A stretch of 64,000 bases of DNA, taken from NCBI GenBank assembly GCA_039591655.1, contig JBDHDE010000014.1:1-64000 (forward strand), in the 5' to 3' direction. Positions 37,655 to 47,150 of the stretch are shown here, piece by piece (the first letter of the stretch is position 1; the number at the start of each line of letters is the position of its first letter). A program made the translations under genes and the position numbers. The stretch is from Gemmatimonadota bacterium (GTDB lineage: Bacteria > Gemmatimonadota > Gemmatimonadetes > Gemmatimonadales > GWC2-71-9). Below the pieces are notes generated by a model. That model did not search any database, was not told the origin of the DNA, and saw only the letters and a program-made list of their open reading frames with translations.

Positions 37655-38598
37655 TGCGGCACGATCTCCCCGCGCAGGTGATAGTGGAGGTTGGTGGCAC
37701 CCCGGTACTGCACGTTCCGCGCTGCCGCCGTGTTCGCCGCCCGGATTGCGTCCTCAACCTGCGCGCCACGCACTAGCTGCGCCACCAGTGCCCCCCCGAA
37801 CACGTCGCCACACCCCGTGGGGTCCCGGGCCTCCACCCGCTTCGCCTCGATGCGGGCCGTGCGGATGGGCCGCCCGGTCCCGGGGGCGTTCGTGCCTCGC
37901 AGGAACTCGAAGGTGGGAACCGCAAAGTAGACCGCGCCCTGGTCGGCGAGGGTCACCACGAGAAGGTGCACCCCGTTTTGGAACGCCGTGGCGGCGACCT
38001 CTAATGGATCCCGACCGATGAGGCGCAGCTCGTCCTCGTTCAGCTGCACCACGTCGAAGCAGGCAAACCACTCCGCGACATCCCCCAGCGGCTGCGGCAC
38101 CCTGAGGCCCTCCCTGGCGACGCCGAGAAACAGGCTGTGCAGGTCGGCGTAGATCGCTCCGCCGAACCCGTGCCGTAGTTGCCGGACGGTCTCGAGCGAC
38201 GCCTCGAATCCCGAGATGAAGTTGACGTACAGCGCATCGAGGTCGCGCACCATCGGCCCCAGCTCGGGCCACTGCCAGGCCGGAACCCCGCCGCTCAGCT
38301 GCTCCGCCGTCCGCTCCAGCGCCTCGTAACGCAGCGTCACCCGGTTGTTGGGCTCGGGCACCTCGATGAACCGCGCCGCCGAAGAGCGCCGCGTGAGGGA
38401 CTCGAGGAAGCGGTTGGCCTGCGGGGCGAGGTCGCGGCCCACCTTGATGAGGGGGACCAGCTCCCAATCCGGCGGCAGGTTCGCTTCCAACGCGGCGAGG
38501 GCGTAGGCGATCCCGCCCCATTCCTCCACTGGGTCGGGCTCCGTGTCACGGTGAATCGTGTCCCACACCATCGTCCCTAACACCCCGAGACGCTTCAC
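37651..38598 (-). CDS. PfkB-family carbohydrate kinase
   Basis: GVLGTMVWDTI, WGGIAY, QLNEDE, DPTGCGDVFGG. Confidence 0.85.
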   Translation of the reverse strand: MKRLGVLGTMVWDTIHRDTEPDPVEEWGGIAYALAALEANLPPDWELVPLIKVGRDLAPQANRFLESLTRRSSAARFIEVPEPNNRVTLRYEALERTAEQLSGGVPAWQWPELGPMVRDLDALYVNFISGFEASLETVRQLRHGFGGAIYADLHSLFLGVAREGLRVPQPLGDVAEWFACFDVVQLNEDELRLIGRDPLEVAATAFQNGVHLLVVTLADQGAVYFAVPTFEFLRGTNAPGTGRPIRTARIEAKRVEARDPTGCGDVFGGALVAQLVRGAQVEDAIRAANTAAARNVQYRGATNLHYHLRGEIVPQ

Positions 38599-39581
38599 GC
38601 CGCTCCCCACGTCTGCGCCTTGAACGCGGCCACGGCGCCGAACACGCCGGCCGTACCCGGGAGCTCCCCCGGCACGATGCGGCAGGCTTCCACGGCCGGC
38701 TTGAAGGCTCGCAGCGCCACTTCCTTCTTCAGGGGGCGGAACAGCCGCTCGCCGGCGGCGGTGACGCCGCCGGAGATCACCACGATCTCCGGATTGAAGA
38801 TGTTGATGAGGTTGGCGACTCCGGTGCCTAGCAAGCGGGCGGTGTCCCTGATGACCTCCAGGGCGTAATCGTCCCCCTCGAGCGCCGCGTCGTAGACCAC
38901 CTGCGCCGTGATGGAGCCGAGATCGCCGTTCACGAGCTCGGGCAGCCGCGTGTCGGCGCCCTCGATGCCCTCCACCGCCCGCTCCGCGATGGCCGTGCCG
39001 GAGGCATAGGCCTCGAGGCAACCGTAGTTGCCGCAACGGCACCTGCGTCCTGTGGAGTCGATGCTCATGTGGCCACACTCGCCGGCGTAGTCGTTGGCCC
39101 CGTGGAAGATCTCCCCGTCAACGATGATGCCGCCCCCGATCCCCGTCCCGATGGTGAGTCCGACGACGACGTTGGCGCCCCGCGCGGCGCCGCGCCACCA
39201 CTCGCCGAAGATTGCGCAGTTCGCATCGTTGTCCAGCGTAGCCGGGAGCTCCACGGCTTCGCTCACGCGGTCCCGCAGGGGGAAGTCGCGCCAGCCCAGG
39301 TTGGGGGTGAGCAGCACGACCCCGTGCTTGGTGTCCAGCGGACCGGGCGAGCCGATACCCACGCCGACCACCTCGATGTCGTCCCGCGCCAGTGTCGCCG
39401 CGGACACTTCCAGCGACCGCTCCACCATCGTCTTGACCTGGGCCACTACGGCGTCGGGCCCGTCCGACACCAGCGTCCGTTCCCTCGTCTTGCCGTAGAG
39501 CGCGCTCCCGTCCTCGGGGACCGTCCCCACCACGATGTTGGTTCCGCCAATGTCTACGCCCACGATCATGCGAGTCGTCAT
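38595..39581 (-). CDS. ROK-family sugar kinase (glucokinase-like)
   Basis: GVDIGGT, NDANCA, GTGIGGG, GECGH, CRCGNYGCLEAYAS. Confidence 0.93.
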   Translation of the reverse strand: MTTRMIVGVDIGGTNIVVGTVPEDGSALYGKTRERTLVSDGPDAVVAQVKTMVERSLEVSAATLARDDIEVVGVGIGSPGPLDTKHGVVLLTPNLGWRDFPLRDRVSEAVELPATLDNDANCAIFGEWWRGAARGANVVVGLTIGTGIGGGIIVDGEIFHGANDYAGECGHMSIDSTGRRCRCGNYGCLEAYASGTAIAERAVEGIEGADTRLPELVNGDLGSITAQVVYDAALEGDDYALEVIRDTARLLGTGVANLINIFNPEIVVISGGVTAAGERLFRPLKKEVALRAFKPAVEACRIVPGELPGTAGVFGAVAAFKAQTWGAA

Positions 39582-39585
39582 TGCG

Positions 39586-41385
39586 CTACTCCACCTGGAG
39601 GACCGCGAGAAACGCCTCTTGCGGTATCTCTACGGCCCCCACCTGCTTCATGCGTTTCTTTCCTTCTCTCTGCTTCTCCAGCAGCTTGCGCTTTCGTGTC
39701 ACGTCACCGCCGTAACACTTGGCGGTGACGTTCTTCCGCAGCGGCCGGATCGTCTCGCGGGCGATCACCCGGGTGCCGATGGAGGCCTGGATCACAACCT
39801 CGAAGAGTTGCCGCGGGATGAGCTCCTTCAGCTTCTTCGCCACCTTGCGGCCCCAGCCGTAGGCCTCGTCCTTGTGGATCACTACGCTGAAGGCATCTAC
39901 CGGATCACCGTTGATGAGCATGTCCAGCTTCACCAGCTGGTTGCGGCGGTACCCGGAGAGCTCGTAATCCATCGTCCCGTAGCCCCGGGTCACCGTCTTC
40001 AGCCGGTCGTAGAAATCCAGGATGATCTCGGCCAGGGGAAACTCCCAGTCGAGCTCGACCCGCGTCGGGTCGAGGTACCGCATGCCGAGGTACTCGCCAC
40101 GGCGCTCCTGTCCCAGCTGCATGATGGCGCCGATGTAGTCGGTCGGGGTGGTGGTCCGGGCCTTGATGTACGGTTCCTCCACCCGGTCGACCTCGGAGCC
40201 GGTGGGCATCTTGGAGGGGTTCTCGATCACCTCCATCCCGCCGTCGGTGAAGTGCACGTGGTACTCGACGTTGGGTACGGTGGTGATCAGATCCAGGTCG
40301 AACTCCCGCTCGAGGCGTTCCCGCACTATGTCCATGTGGAGCAAGCCTAGAAACCCGCAGCGGAAGCCGAACCCCAGGGCCACGGACGTCTCCGGCTCGT
40401 AGTGCAGCGACGCGTCGTTGAGTTGCAGCTTCTCCAGTGCGTCGCGCAGCTCCTCGTACTTGTTCGCGTCGGTGGGGTAGAGGCCGGCGAACACCATCGA
40501 GTGGATCTCCCGATACCCCGGGAGCATCTCCGCCGCCGGGCGGCTCGCATCCATCACCGTGTCTCCCACGCGGGTCTCCGTCACGCCGCGGATGTTTGCC
40601 ACGACGTACCCGACCTCGCCGGCGTCCAGCGACTCGGTGCGGTGTCGGTCCAGCTGGAGGTAGCCGACCTCGGCCACCTCGTAGTGATCAGCCACATGGG
40701 AGCCGAACGCGATCTCCATGCCCGGCACGACCCGGCCATCCACGACGCGGATGCTGGGGATCGCCCCGCGGTAGCGGTCGTAGTACGAATCGAAGATGAG
40801 CGCCCGCAGGGGCGCCTCCGGGTCCCCCGACGGCGGCGGGATCCGGCGGACGATGGCATCCAGGAGCACGTCGACGCCCCCGCCCTCCTTGGCCGAGATT
40901 CGCAGGATCCCTTCCGCGTCGGTTCCCATGAGCTCGGCCAGTTCCCGGGCCCGCCGCTCGGGCTCGGCGGCGGGGAGATCGATCTTGTTGAGCACCGGGA
41001 TGATCTCGAGGTTCGCGTCCAGGGCCAGTAGCAGGTTGCTCACCGTCTGGGCCTGCACGCCCTGGCTCGCGTCCACGACCAGGATCGCGCCCTCGCATGC
41101 GTTGAGGGAGCGGGAGACCTCGTAGGTGAAATCCACGTGGCCCGGGGTGTCGATCAGGTTGAGCTCGTAGGCGTCGCCGCCGTCCGTGCGGTGCCGCATG
41201 CGGACCGCGTTCAGCTTGATGGTGATCCCGCGCTCGCGCTCCAGGTCCATCGTGTCCAGCACCTGGGCGCGCATCTGACGCTTCTCGAGCGTGCCGGTGG
41301 CCTCGATGAGGCGGTCGGCCAGCGTCGACTTGCCGTGGTCGATGTGCGCGACGATGCAGAAGTTGCGGATATGGTCCTGGCGCAT
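39586..41385 (-). CDS. lepA: Elongation factor 4
   Basis: [53 protein letters not shown]; 599 aa. Confidence 0.98.
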   Translation of the reverse strand: MRQDHIRNFCIVAHIDHGKSTLADRLIEATGTLEKRQMRAQVLDTMDLERERGITIKLNAVRMRHRTDGGDAYELNLIDTPGHVDFTYEVSRSLNACEGAILVVDASQGVQAQTVSNLLLALDANLEIIPVLNKIDLPAAEPERRARELAELMGTDAEGILRISAKEGGGVDVLLDAIVRRIPPPSGDPEAPLRALIFDSYYDRYRGAIPSIRVVDGRVVPGMEIAFGSHVADHYEVAEVGYLQLDRHRTESLDAGEVGYVVANIRGVTETRVGDTVMDASRPAAEMLPGYREIHSMVFAGLYPTDANKYEELRDALEKLQLNDASLHYEPETSVALGFGFRCGFLGLLHMDIVRERLEREFDLDLITTVPNVEYHVHFTDGGMEVIENPSKMPTGSEVDRVEEPYIKARTTTPTDYIGAIMQLGQERRGEYLGMRYLDPTRVELDWEFPLAEIILDFYDRLKTVTRGYGTMDYELSGYRRNQLVKLDMLINGDPVDAFSVVIHKDEAYGWGRKVAKKLKELIPRQLFEVVIQASIGTRVIARETIRPLRKNVTAKCYGGDVTRKRKLLEKQREGKKRMKQVGAVEIPQEAFLAVLQVE

Positions 41386-41499
41386 CGGGGAGAATATAAC
41401 CGGCGGGGGGGCGTTCTCCCTCTTCTCGCCGCGGCCGCCCCCGCGGCCTATGTTTGCGCTGCCCGAATCGATCGCACCCCCACTGTGTCGGCAGGCATC

Positions 41500-43311
41500 A
41501 TGAGCGCGAGTGATCTGCTCCCGAACCGTCGTCTCCCCTGTCACGTGACCGGTGCCCTCCGTGCCGTGATGCTGTGGGCCTGCGTTGCATTCGAGGTCCA
41601 CGCCCAGACGGTGCCCCGGCCCGAGCAGCGGGTCGTGGCTCGGGGTGGGGTGGTCGCTGCCGCGCACCCGCAGGCCGCTGAGGCCGGTGTGGCGATGCTG
41701 CAGGCCGGGGGGAACGCGGTGGATGCCGCAGTGGCCACCGCTTTCGCCCTGGGGGTGCTGGAGCCGATGATGGCGGGGGTCGGCGGCGGCGGCGCGCTGA
41801 CGCTGTGGATGGCCGGGACGCGGGAGGCCTGGCACGTCGACTTCTACGCCTCTGTGGGGGGCGAGCCCGACTACGCGTTGGACGACTTGGCGGCCGAAGA
41901 GGTCGGCGACTCACTCGTCACGCCGGAGCAGTGGGCGGCGGTCCCCGGGACCGTGGCCGGGCTGCTGGCCGCCCACGAGCGGTTCGGCCGGCTGTCCCGG
42001 GAGCAGGTGATGCAGCCGGCCATTCGGTTGGCCCGGGACGGCTTCGTGGTGCGACCGTTCCTGGCCCAGGTGATCGGCGAGAGCCGTGCCAAGCTCAGCC
42101 ACAGCCCGGGGGCGGCGGCGCTGTTCTACCCCGAGGGAGAGGCGCTGCAGGCGGGGGACCGCCTGGTGCAGCAGGGGCTGGCGGCGACCCTGGAGCGCAT
42201 TGCCCAACTCGGGCGTGACGGGTTCTACCGGGGCCCGGTGGCCGAAGCGGTGGTCGGGACGCTCCGAGCCGGGGGCAACAGCATCACCCTGGGGGATCTC
42301 TCCGGCTACGAGGCGCGCTGGCGGCGGCCGCTGTGCGGAACGTACCGCGGCCACCTCGTGCTCACGGCGCCGCCGCCGCTGGCCGGCGTTCAGGTGCTCG
42401 AGGCGCTCAACCTCCTGGCGTCGGAGGACTTCTCAGCCCTCGGACCGCCGACCCGGGATCCGGTGGCGCTGGGCACTCTGGTGGACGCGATCCGCATCGC
42501 CCGCGCCGATGCCGGGGGGTGGATCGGCGACCCGAGGGACGCCGGCGTGCCCGCCGTGGGGCTCGCAAGCCCCGCATACGCAGTGGAGCGCTCGGCGCTG
42601 ATGGCGCTGCGGCAGGTGCCCGACTCTCTGGCGCCAGGTGATCCCTGGGACGAGGAGCATGGGCCGGGGGTGGCGGCCTGCCGGGCGGTGGATCACTTCC
42701 CGCCGACGGCGCATCCGCGGCCCGAGGAAGAGCCGCGGCGCCTAGACGGCGGAGCGGCGGAAGAGGGGGAGACGACGCACCTCTCGGTGATGGACGGAGC
42801 CGGGAATGCCGTGTCTCTGACGTTCACTCTCGGTGCCTACTTCGGGTACGGAGCCTACGCGGCGGGGGCCTTCTTCAACGACGCGAACGAAAACTTCGGC
42901 GGACCCTGGGCCAACCATCGCGGACCGTACCGGACGCCCCGGACTCAGACGACGCCCACCCTGGTGCTCCACGACGGCCGGGTGAAGATGGTGGTGGGCT
43001 CCCCCGGCGGCGGGCGGATCGCACCCGCGATCATCCAGGCCATCGTCTACGCGCTGGACTACGGGCTGGACCCCTGGACGGTGGTCCACATGCCGCGGGT
43101 GTATCCCTTCACCGACGAGCCGGTGGTGCGCCTCGAGGTGGGCTTCACCGCCGAGGCCGTGGCGCCGCTGCGGGACCGGGGGTACGACGTCGAAGTGCTG
43201 CTACCCTATGATCGCTACTTCGGTGGGCTGCACATCGTGGTGGCGTTGGACGACGGCACGTTGATTGGCGCCGCGGACCCTCGCAGGGATGGGGCGGCGC
43301 TGGGATACTAG
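41500..43311 (+). CDS. ggt: Gamma-glutamyltransferase
   Basis: [17 protein letters not shown] nucleophile Thr, [14 protein letters not shown]. Start approximate. Confidence 0.9.
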   Translation: MSASDLLPNRRLPCHVTGALRAVMLWACVAFEVHAQTVPRPEQRVVARGGVVAAAHPQAAEAGVAMLQAGGNAVDAAVATAFALGVLEPMMAGVGGGGALTLWMAGTREAWHVDFYASVGGEPDYALDDLAAEEVGDSLVTPEQWAAVPGTVAGLLAAHERFGRLSREQVMQPAIRLARDGFVVRPFLAQVIGESRAKLSHSPGAAALFYPEGEALQAGDRLVQQGLAATLERIAQLGRDGFYRGPVAEAVVGTLRAGGNSITLGDLSGYEARWRRPLCGTYRGHLVLTAPPPLAGVQVLEALNLLASEDFSALGPPTRDPVALGTLVDAIRIARADAGGWIGDPRDAGVPAVGLASPAYAVERSALMALRQVPDSLAPGDPWDEEHGPGVAACRAVDHFPPTAHPRPEEEPRRLDGGAAEEGETTHLSVMDGAGNAVSLTFTLGAYFGYGAYAAGAFFNDANENFGGPWANHRGPYRTPRTQTTPTLVLHDGRVKMVVGSPGGGRIAPAIIQAIVYALDYGLDPWTVVHMPRVYPFTDEPVVRLEVGFTAEAVAPLRDRGYDVEVLLPYDRYFGGLHIVVALDDGTLIGAADPRRDGAALGY

Positions 43312-43361
43312 CCCCTCCGGGAAGGGTTAAGGGGGTCGGCGAGGGGCGAAGCGCGAAGCGC

Positions 43362-43391
43362 GAAGGGAGAAGGGTGGACCCTTCCCCCTTC
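43362..43391. terminator. Hairpin between convergent ggt and M28 genes
   Basis: GAAGGGAGAAGGG-TGGA-CCCTTCCCCCTTC, preceded by short GCGAAGC repeats. Confidence 0.5.
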
Positions 43392-43397
43392 CCTGGA

Positions 43398-44942
43398 CTA
43401 CTCCGTGCCCCCCGGCCTGACTATCTCCGCGTAGCTCTCGGGATCCCACCGCGGCCGCTCCGGCGCGTTGGCGATCTCGAGCCCCAGGTAGAACATGAGC
43501 TTCGCTATGCGGGACTCCTTCTCCGCGTCGATCTTCTCGGGTTCGTCGCTGGGACGGTGGTAGTCCGGGTGCGTGCCGTTGAAGAAGAACAGGATCGGCA
43601 CGCCCTTCTCCGCGAAGTTGTAGTGGTCCGAGCGACGGTAGAAATTCTCCTCCGGCCACTGGTCGTCCACCGGGGTCATGTTGAGCTCGGGGTGCTCACC
43701 CGCCACCCGGAACAGGGTGGTGCCGAGGTCGGAGTGGTGCAGGCCGATGGCCGCGATCGTGTCGGTCCAGTTCCGGCCCACCATGTCGGCGTTCAGGTTG
43801 GCCACCATCTGCTCGATGGGCACGGGCGGATGCGAGGTGAAGTAGTCGCTGCCCCACATGCCTTTCTCCTCGCCGCTCACGGTGACGAAGATCATCGAGC
43901 GCTTGGGCCGCGGCTCCAGCCGGGCAAAGGCCTCCGCCAGCTCCACCACCGCGATGGTGCCCGAGGCGTCGTCGTCGGCGCCGTTGCAGATGTCGTCTCC
44001 CTCCACCGGGCTGCAGGCGGCGCCCTGCTGCCCGCTCTGACCCACGTGATCCATGTGGGCGCTGAACACGATGTACTCGTCTTTGATGGCGGGATCGCTC
44101 CCCTCCAGAATGCCCACTGTATTGGGTGCCCAGAGCTCCTCCACCACCCGCTCCGGGAGCTTCACGGTGAGACGCATCGTCTCGAGGGCCGTGGCGTCAA
44201 GCGCCGTACCGCTCTCGGTACGTGCAGCCGCGAGGTCGAAGCCGTGGTGCCCGAGCGTGGGTGCGATGGTCTCGTCCTTGACCATCAGCATCGGCGGCCC
44301 GCTCTCCTGGCTCCAGCCCAGTCGGAGCTCGGTGCCGAAGCCGCGGCGCAGTCGCGCGCGCCAGCGGGGTCCCGACTGGTTCGTGACCAGGATCAGCGCG
44401 GCGGGGTCCATGCTCGCCGCCGTCGACAGCATGCGGTAGAACTCGCGTCCGATGCCCGACGCGGGCACCACCCAGATGACGATGGCGCCCTCCAGTGGCT
44501 GCTGCTGGACGGCGTCCGGCCCCCCCTCGGTTCCCGCCAGGACGACTACCGAGCTCGTCATCCCTTCCGCCGTGGTCGATCCGTCGAACCGCGCGACGTC
44601 CGTACCGAGGCGCCACGTGGGACCGTCCTCCACCGCGACCAACGAGGCAGCAGAGTCCACCTGCATCCAGCGCAGGGGGTAGCGCTGGATGAAGCCGCCG
44701 TCGTGGCCCCCCGGGGCGAGGCCGAAGCGCCGGAACTCGTCGGCGATGTACTGGGCAACCTCGTCCAGCTCCGGACTGGGTGTGGTGCGGCCTCGCATGG
44801 AGTCGTGGGCGATGACGCCGATGCGATGGGCGACGTCCTCGGGCGTGATGGAGTTGACGGCCGCATCGACCGATTCACTGGACTGGGCGAGCAGTGCACC
44901 GGGCGCGAGTAGCGCCACCGCCGCGAAGAGCGTGATTCGCAT
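43398..44942 (-). CDS. M28-family secreted metallopeptidase (PA insert)
   Basis: Signal peptide, SAHMDH, NGADDDASG, GEEKG, NADMVGR, RSDHYNF, DYH. Confidence 0.92.
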   Translation of the reverse strand: MRITLFAAVALLAPGALLAQSSESVDAAVNSITPEDVAHRIGVIAHDSMRGRTTPSPELDEVAQYIADEFRRFGLAPGGHDGGFIQRYPLRWMQVDSAASLVAVEDGPTWRLGTDVARFDGSTTAEGMTSSVVVLAGTEGGPDAVQQQPLEGAIVIWVVPASGIGREFYRMLSTAASMDPAALILVTNQSGPRWRARLRRGFGTELRLGWSQESGPPMLMVKDETIAPTLGHHGFDLAAARTESGTALDATALETMRLTVKLPERVVEELWAPNTVGILEGSDPAIKDEYIVFSAHMDHVGQSGQQGAACSPVEGDDICNGADDDASGTIAVVELAEAFARLEPRPKRSMIFVTVSGEEKGMWGSDYFTSHPPVPIEQMVANLNADMVGRNWTDTIAAIGLHHSDLGTTLFRVAGEHPELNMTPVDDQWPEENFYRRSDHYNFAEKGVPILFFFNGTHPDYHRPSDEPEKIDAEKESRIAKLMFYLGLEIANAPERPRWDPESYAEIVRPGGTE

Positions 44943-45056
44943 TCCGGTATGGCTCCTTGGTTCTGATGTCGTCGGACCCCGGGAGAACGTACCATACTAC
45001 CCCGCCCAACCGCGAGGTGCCGCGGCAGGGCGCTGCGGGGTTGGGGGAAGCGGGAT

Positions 45057-46046
45057 CTAGTGGTACCCGCGTGCCACCGTCGTGCGGCGGGGAGCGCGTC
45101 TCGGCGCACCGCGCCCGTTGGTCGGCGCCGCGGGTCGTCCGGCTACCCGGGTGGGCAGGTCGGCGGGCCGCGCTGCACCGCGCCGATCCGGTGGGCGCCT
45201 GGGGTCCCCGGCGATCCCGGGTGACCGACCAGGAGCAGGCGTGCGTCGCACGTCCCGCGGATCCCGGCCCGCGAATCCTGGCGCCGGCCGCCGCGCCGCC
45301 GGGGAGCGGGTCCCGCGGGGCGCCGCCGCAGTGCGACCGTAGTGGGCCGGCAGGTAGACGGCGACCGGGTAGGCCACCGGGTAGGTTGTGGTGGGGTAGT
45401 AGTAGCCGCCCTCCAGCGCGCCGAAGTCGTAGGCCGCCGTGCGGAAGGTGGCGCACCAGTCGCGGTACGGGTTGTACAGGGGCGGGCGGTGCGCCACGAG
45501 ATACGGCACGATGTCGTAGGCGTAGGCGCCGTACCCGGGTGGCAGCAGGTACTCCACCAACTCGGTGAGGACGACGTACGGATCACGTCTGACGCGACCC
45601 GCCCCTCGCACCGCGCTGTAGTCCCACCGGCCGTGGCGCACCCACTCACCGTATGCGAATCGATCCAGGCTCACCACGGCGAACAGGTATCCCACACCGG
45701 GGTAGTCATCCACCACGAAGGCGCCCTGGCCGCTGCGGCCCCGGAGCTCGTCCAGCGTGAGCAGACTACCGCCCCGGACGTAGTTGTCCTGGCCGGGCAC
45801 CTGCGGGAAGAGGATCTCCAACCGGCCGTCGGTGTCGACGCGGAATACGGTGACGTAGCCGTCGGTAACGGAGCGGAATCCCGCCTCCACCCGGTCGCCC
45901 TTGCGGTAGAAGTCGCGGTCGTCGGTCCACAGCGCGATGAAGGGTGGAGCGCTCAACGCGGACCGTGCGCCGGGTGCAGCCGCCTGCGGGGGATCTCCGG
46001 CGGCACCCGCCAGGGCGAGGAATGCTGCCACCGCGATGTGGGGCAT
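45057..46046 (-). CDS. Secreted DUF4384-like protein with Tyr-rich and Arg/Pro-rich tail
   Basis: GGAGG RBS, signal peptide, YVTVFRVDTDGRLEILFP. Confidence 0.7.
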   Translation of the reverse strand: MPHIAVAAFLALAGAAGDPPQAAAPGARSALSAPPFIALWTDDRDFYRKGDRVEAGFRSVTDGYVTVFRVDTDGRLEILFPQVPGQDNYVRGGSLLTLDELRGRSGQGAFVVDDYPGVGYLFAVVSLDRFAYGEWVRHGRWDYSAVRGAGRVRRDPYVVLTELVEYLLPPGYGAYAYDIVPYLVAHRPPLYNPYRDWCATFRTAAYDFGALEGGYYYPTTTYPVAYPVAVYLPAHYGRTAAAPRGTRSPAARRPAPGFAGRDPRDVRRTPAPGRSPGIAGDPRRPPDRRGAARPADLPTRVAGRPAAPTNGRGAPRRAPRRTTVARGYH

Positions 46047-46235
46047 CGATACCTCCCAGTGCTCTACCTTATAGAACCGCATGGGCTGTGCCATGGTCGG
46101 AATTGCTTGTAAGTGTTTGTATGACAACCAGTTAGATGTTCAACCCCGAGAGCTCGATCGGGCCGAGCGTCCCCTGTGGGTGACAGCAAACCGGCGGTTT
46201 GACCGGCGGGGGATCGCCGGGTACGATCCAGAGCA

Positions 46236-47150
46236 ATGGCGTCTCTCGTGTCCACTCGTCGCCTAGACCTGCTGAATCCGTACGAGGTGGCCCAGCTCGG
46301 GGGGATCGAGCTCGTGGCCCGAGGAGTGGTGGAGGGTTTCCTCGCCGGGATGCACCGCTCCCCCTTCCGGGGCTTCTCGGTGGAGTTCGCCGAGCACCGG
46401 CCGTATCAGCCGGGAGACGAGCTCCGCTACCTGGACTGGAAGATCCTGGGGCGCGCCGACCGGCTGTTCGTCAAGCAGTACGAGGAAGAGACCAACCTGC
46501 GCTCCATGATCGTGCTCGATGCGAGCCGGTCCATGGACTGGACGGGTGACGAGCGCCGACTCACCAAGCTGGAGTACGCCAAGCGACTGGTGGCGGCCCT
46601 CTCGCTGGTGTTGCTGCGCCAGCGGGATGCCACGGGCCTCATCGGGTTCGACGAACGGGTGAGGACGGTGGTGCGGGCCAGGGCCCGGCACCGGCACTGG
46701 TGGCAGCTGCTGGCGGCCTTGGTCGCGCTCGACGCGGGACAGGGGACCGTGGCCGAGCCGGCGCTGCGCCGGGTCACCGATCTGCTGCGCCGGCGCGGTC
46801 TGGTGCTCTTCGTGTCGGACCTATTGCTGGAGCGGGACCTCGCGCTGCTGGCGCTCCAGTACCTGCGCCACCGGGGGCACCAGGTCATCGTGTTCCACAT
46901 CATGGATCCCGCGGAGCTCTCGCTGGAGGGGCCTCCCGAGGCGCGATTCGAGGATCCCGAGACCGGCGGCGCCATGGTTGCCCGCCCCCGTGAGCTTCGG
47001 GCCGTCTATGAGGCCACGGTGCGGCGCACCATCGGGGAGTGGCGCGCCGCTTGCCGTGGGGGTGGTATCGACTACCATCACGTGCTCACGGACACGCCCT
47101 TCGGCTACGTGCTGCGGCGCGCCGCCGCCAGTCGTTCCCGCCTCGGGTGA
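46236..47150 (+). CDS. DUF58 (vWA-like) protein
   Basis: GMHRSPFRGFSVEFAEHRPYQPGD, LDWK, VKQYEEETN, LDASRSM. Confidence 0.92.
   Translation: MASLVSTRRLDLLNPYEVAQLGGIELVARGVVEGFLAGMHRSPFRGFSVEFAEHRPYQPGDELRYLDWKILGRADRLFVKQYEEETNLRSMIVLDASRSMDWTGDERRLTKLEYAKRLVAALSLVLLRQRDATGLIGFDERVRTVVRARARHRHWWQLLAALVALDAGQGTVAEPALRRVTDLLRRRGLVLFVSDLLLERDLALLALQYLRHRGHQVIVFHIMDPAELSLEGPPEARFEDPETGGAMVARPRELRAVYEATVRRTIGEWRAACRGGGIDYHHVLTDTPFGYVLRRAAASRSRLG

Noticed and set aside
41386..41835. N-terminal extensions of lepA and other ORFs (mfd, ftsE, PfkB, hlyC, permease) and many long antisense ORFs
   Set aside because: Stop-codon scarcity at high GC; Arg/Pro/Gly-rich translations that overlap well-supported genes.
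43346..43365. GCGAAGC short tandem repeat as CRISPR or REP element
   Set aside because: Fewer than three units, no spacers, no other copies seen; no CRISPR array or cas gene is evident in the window.
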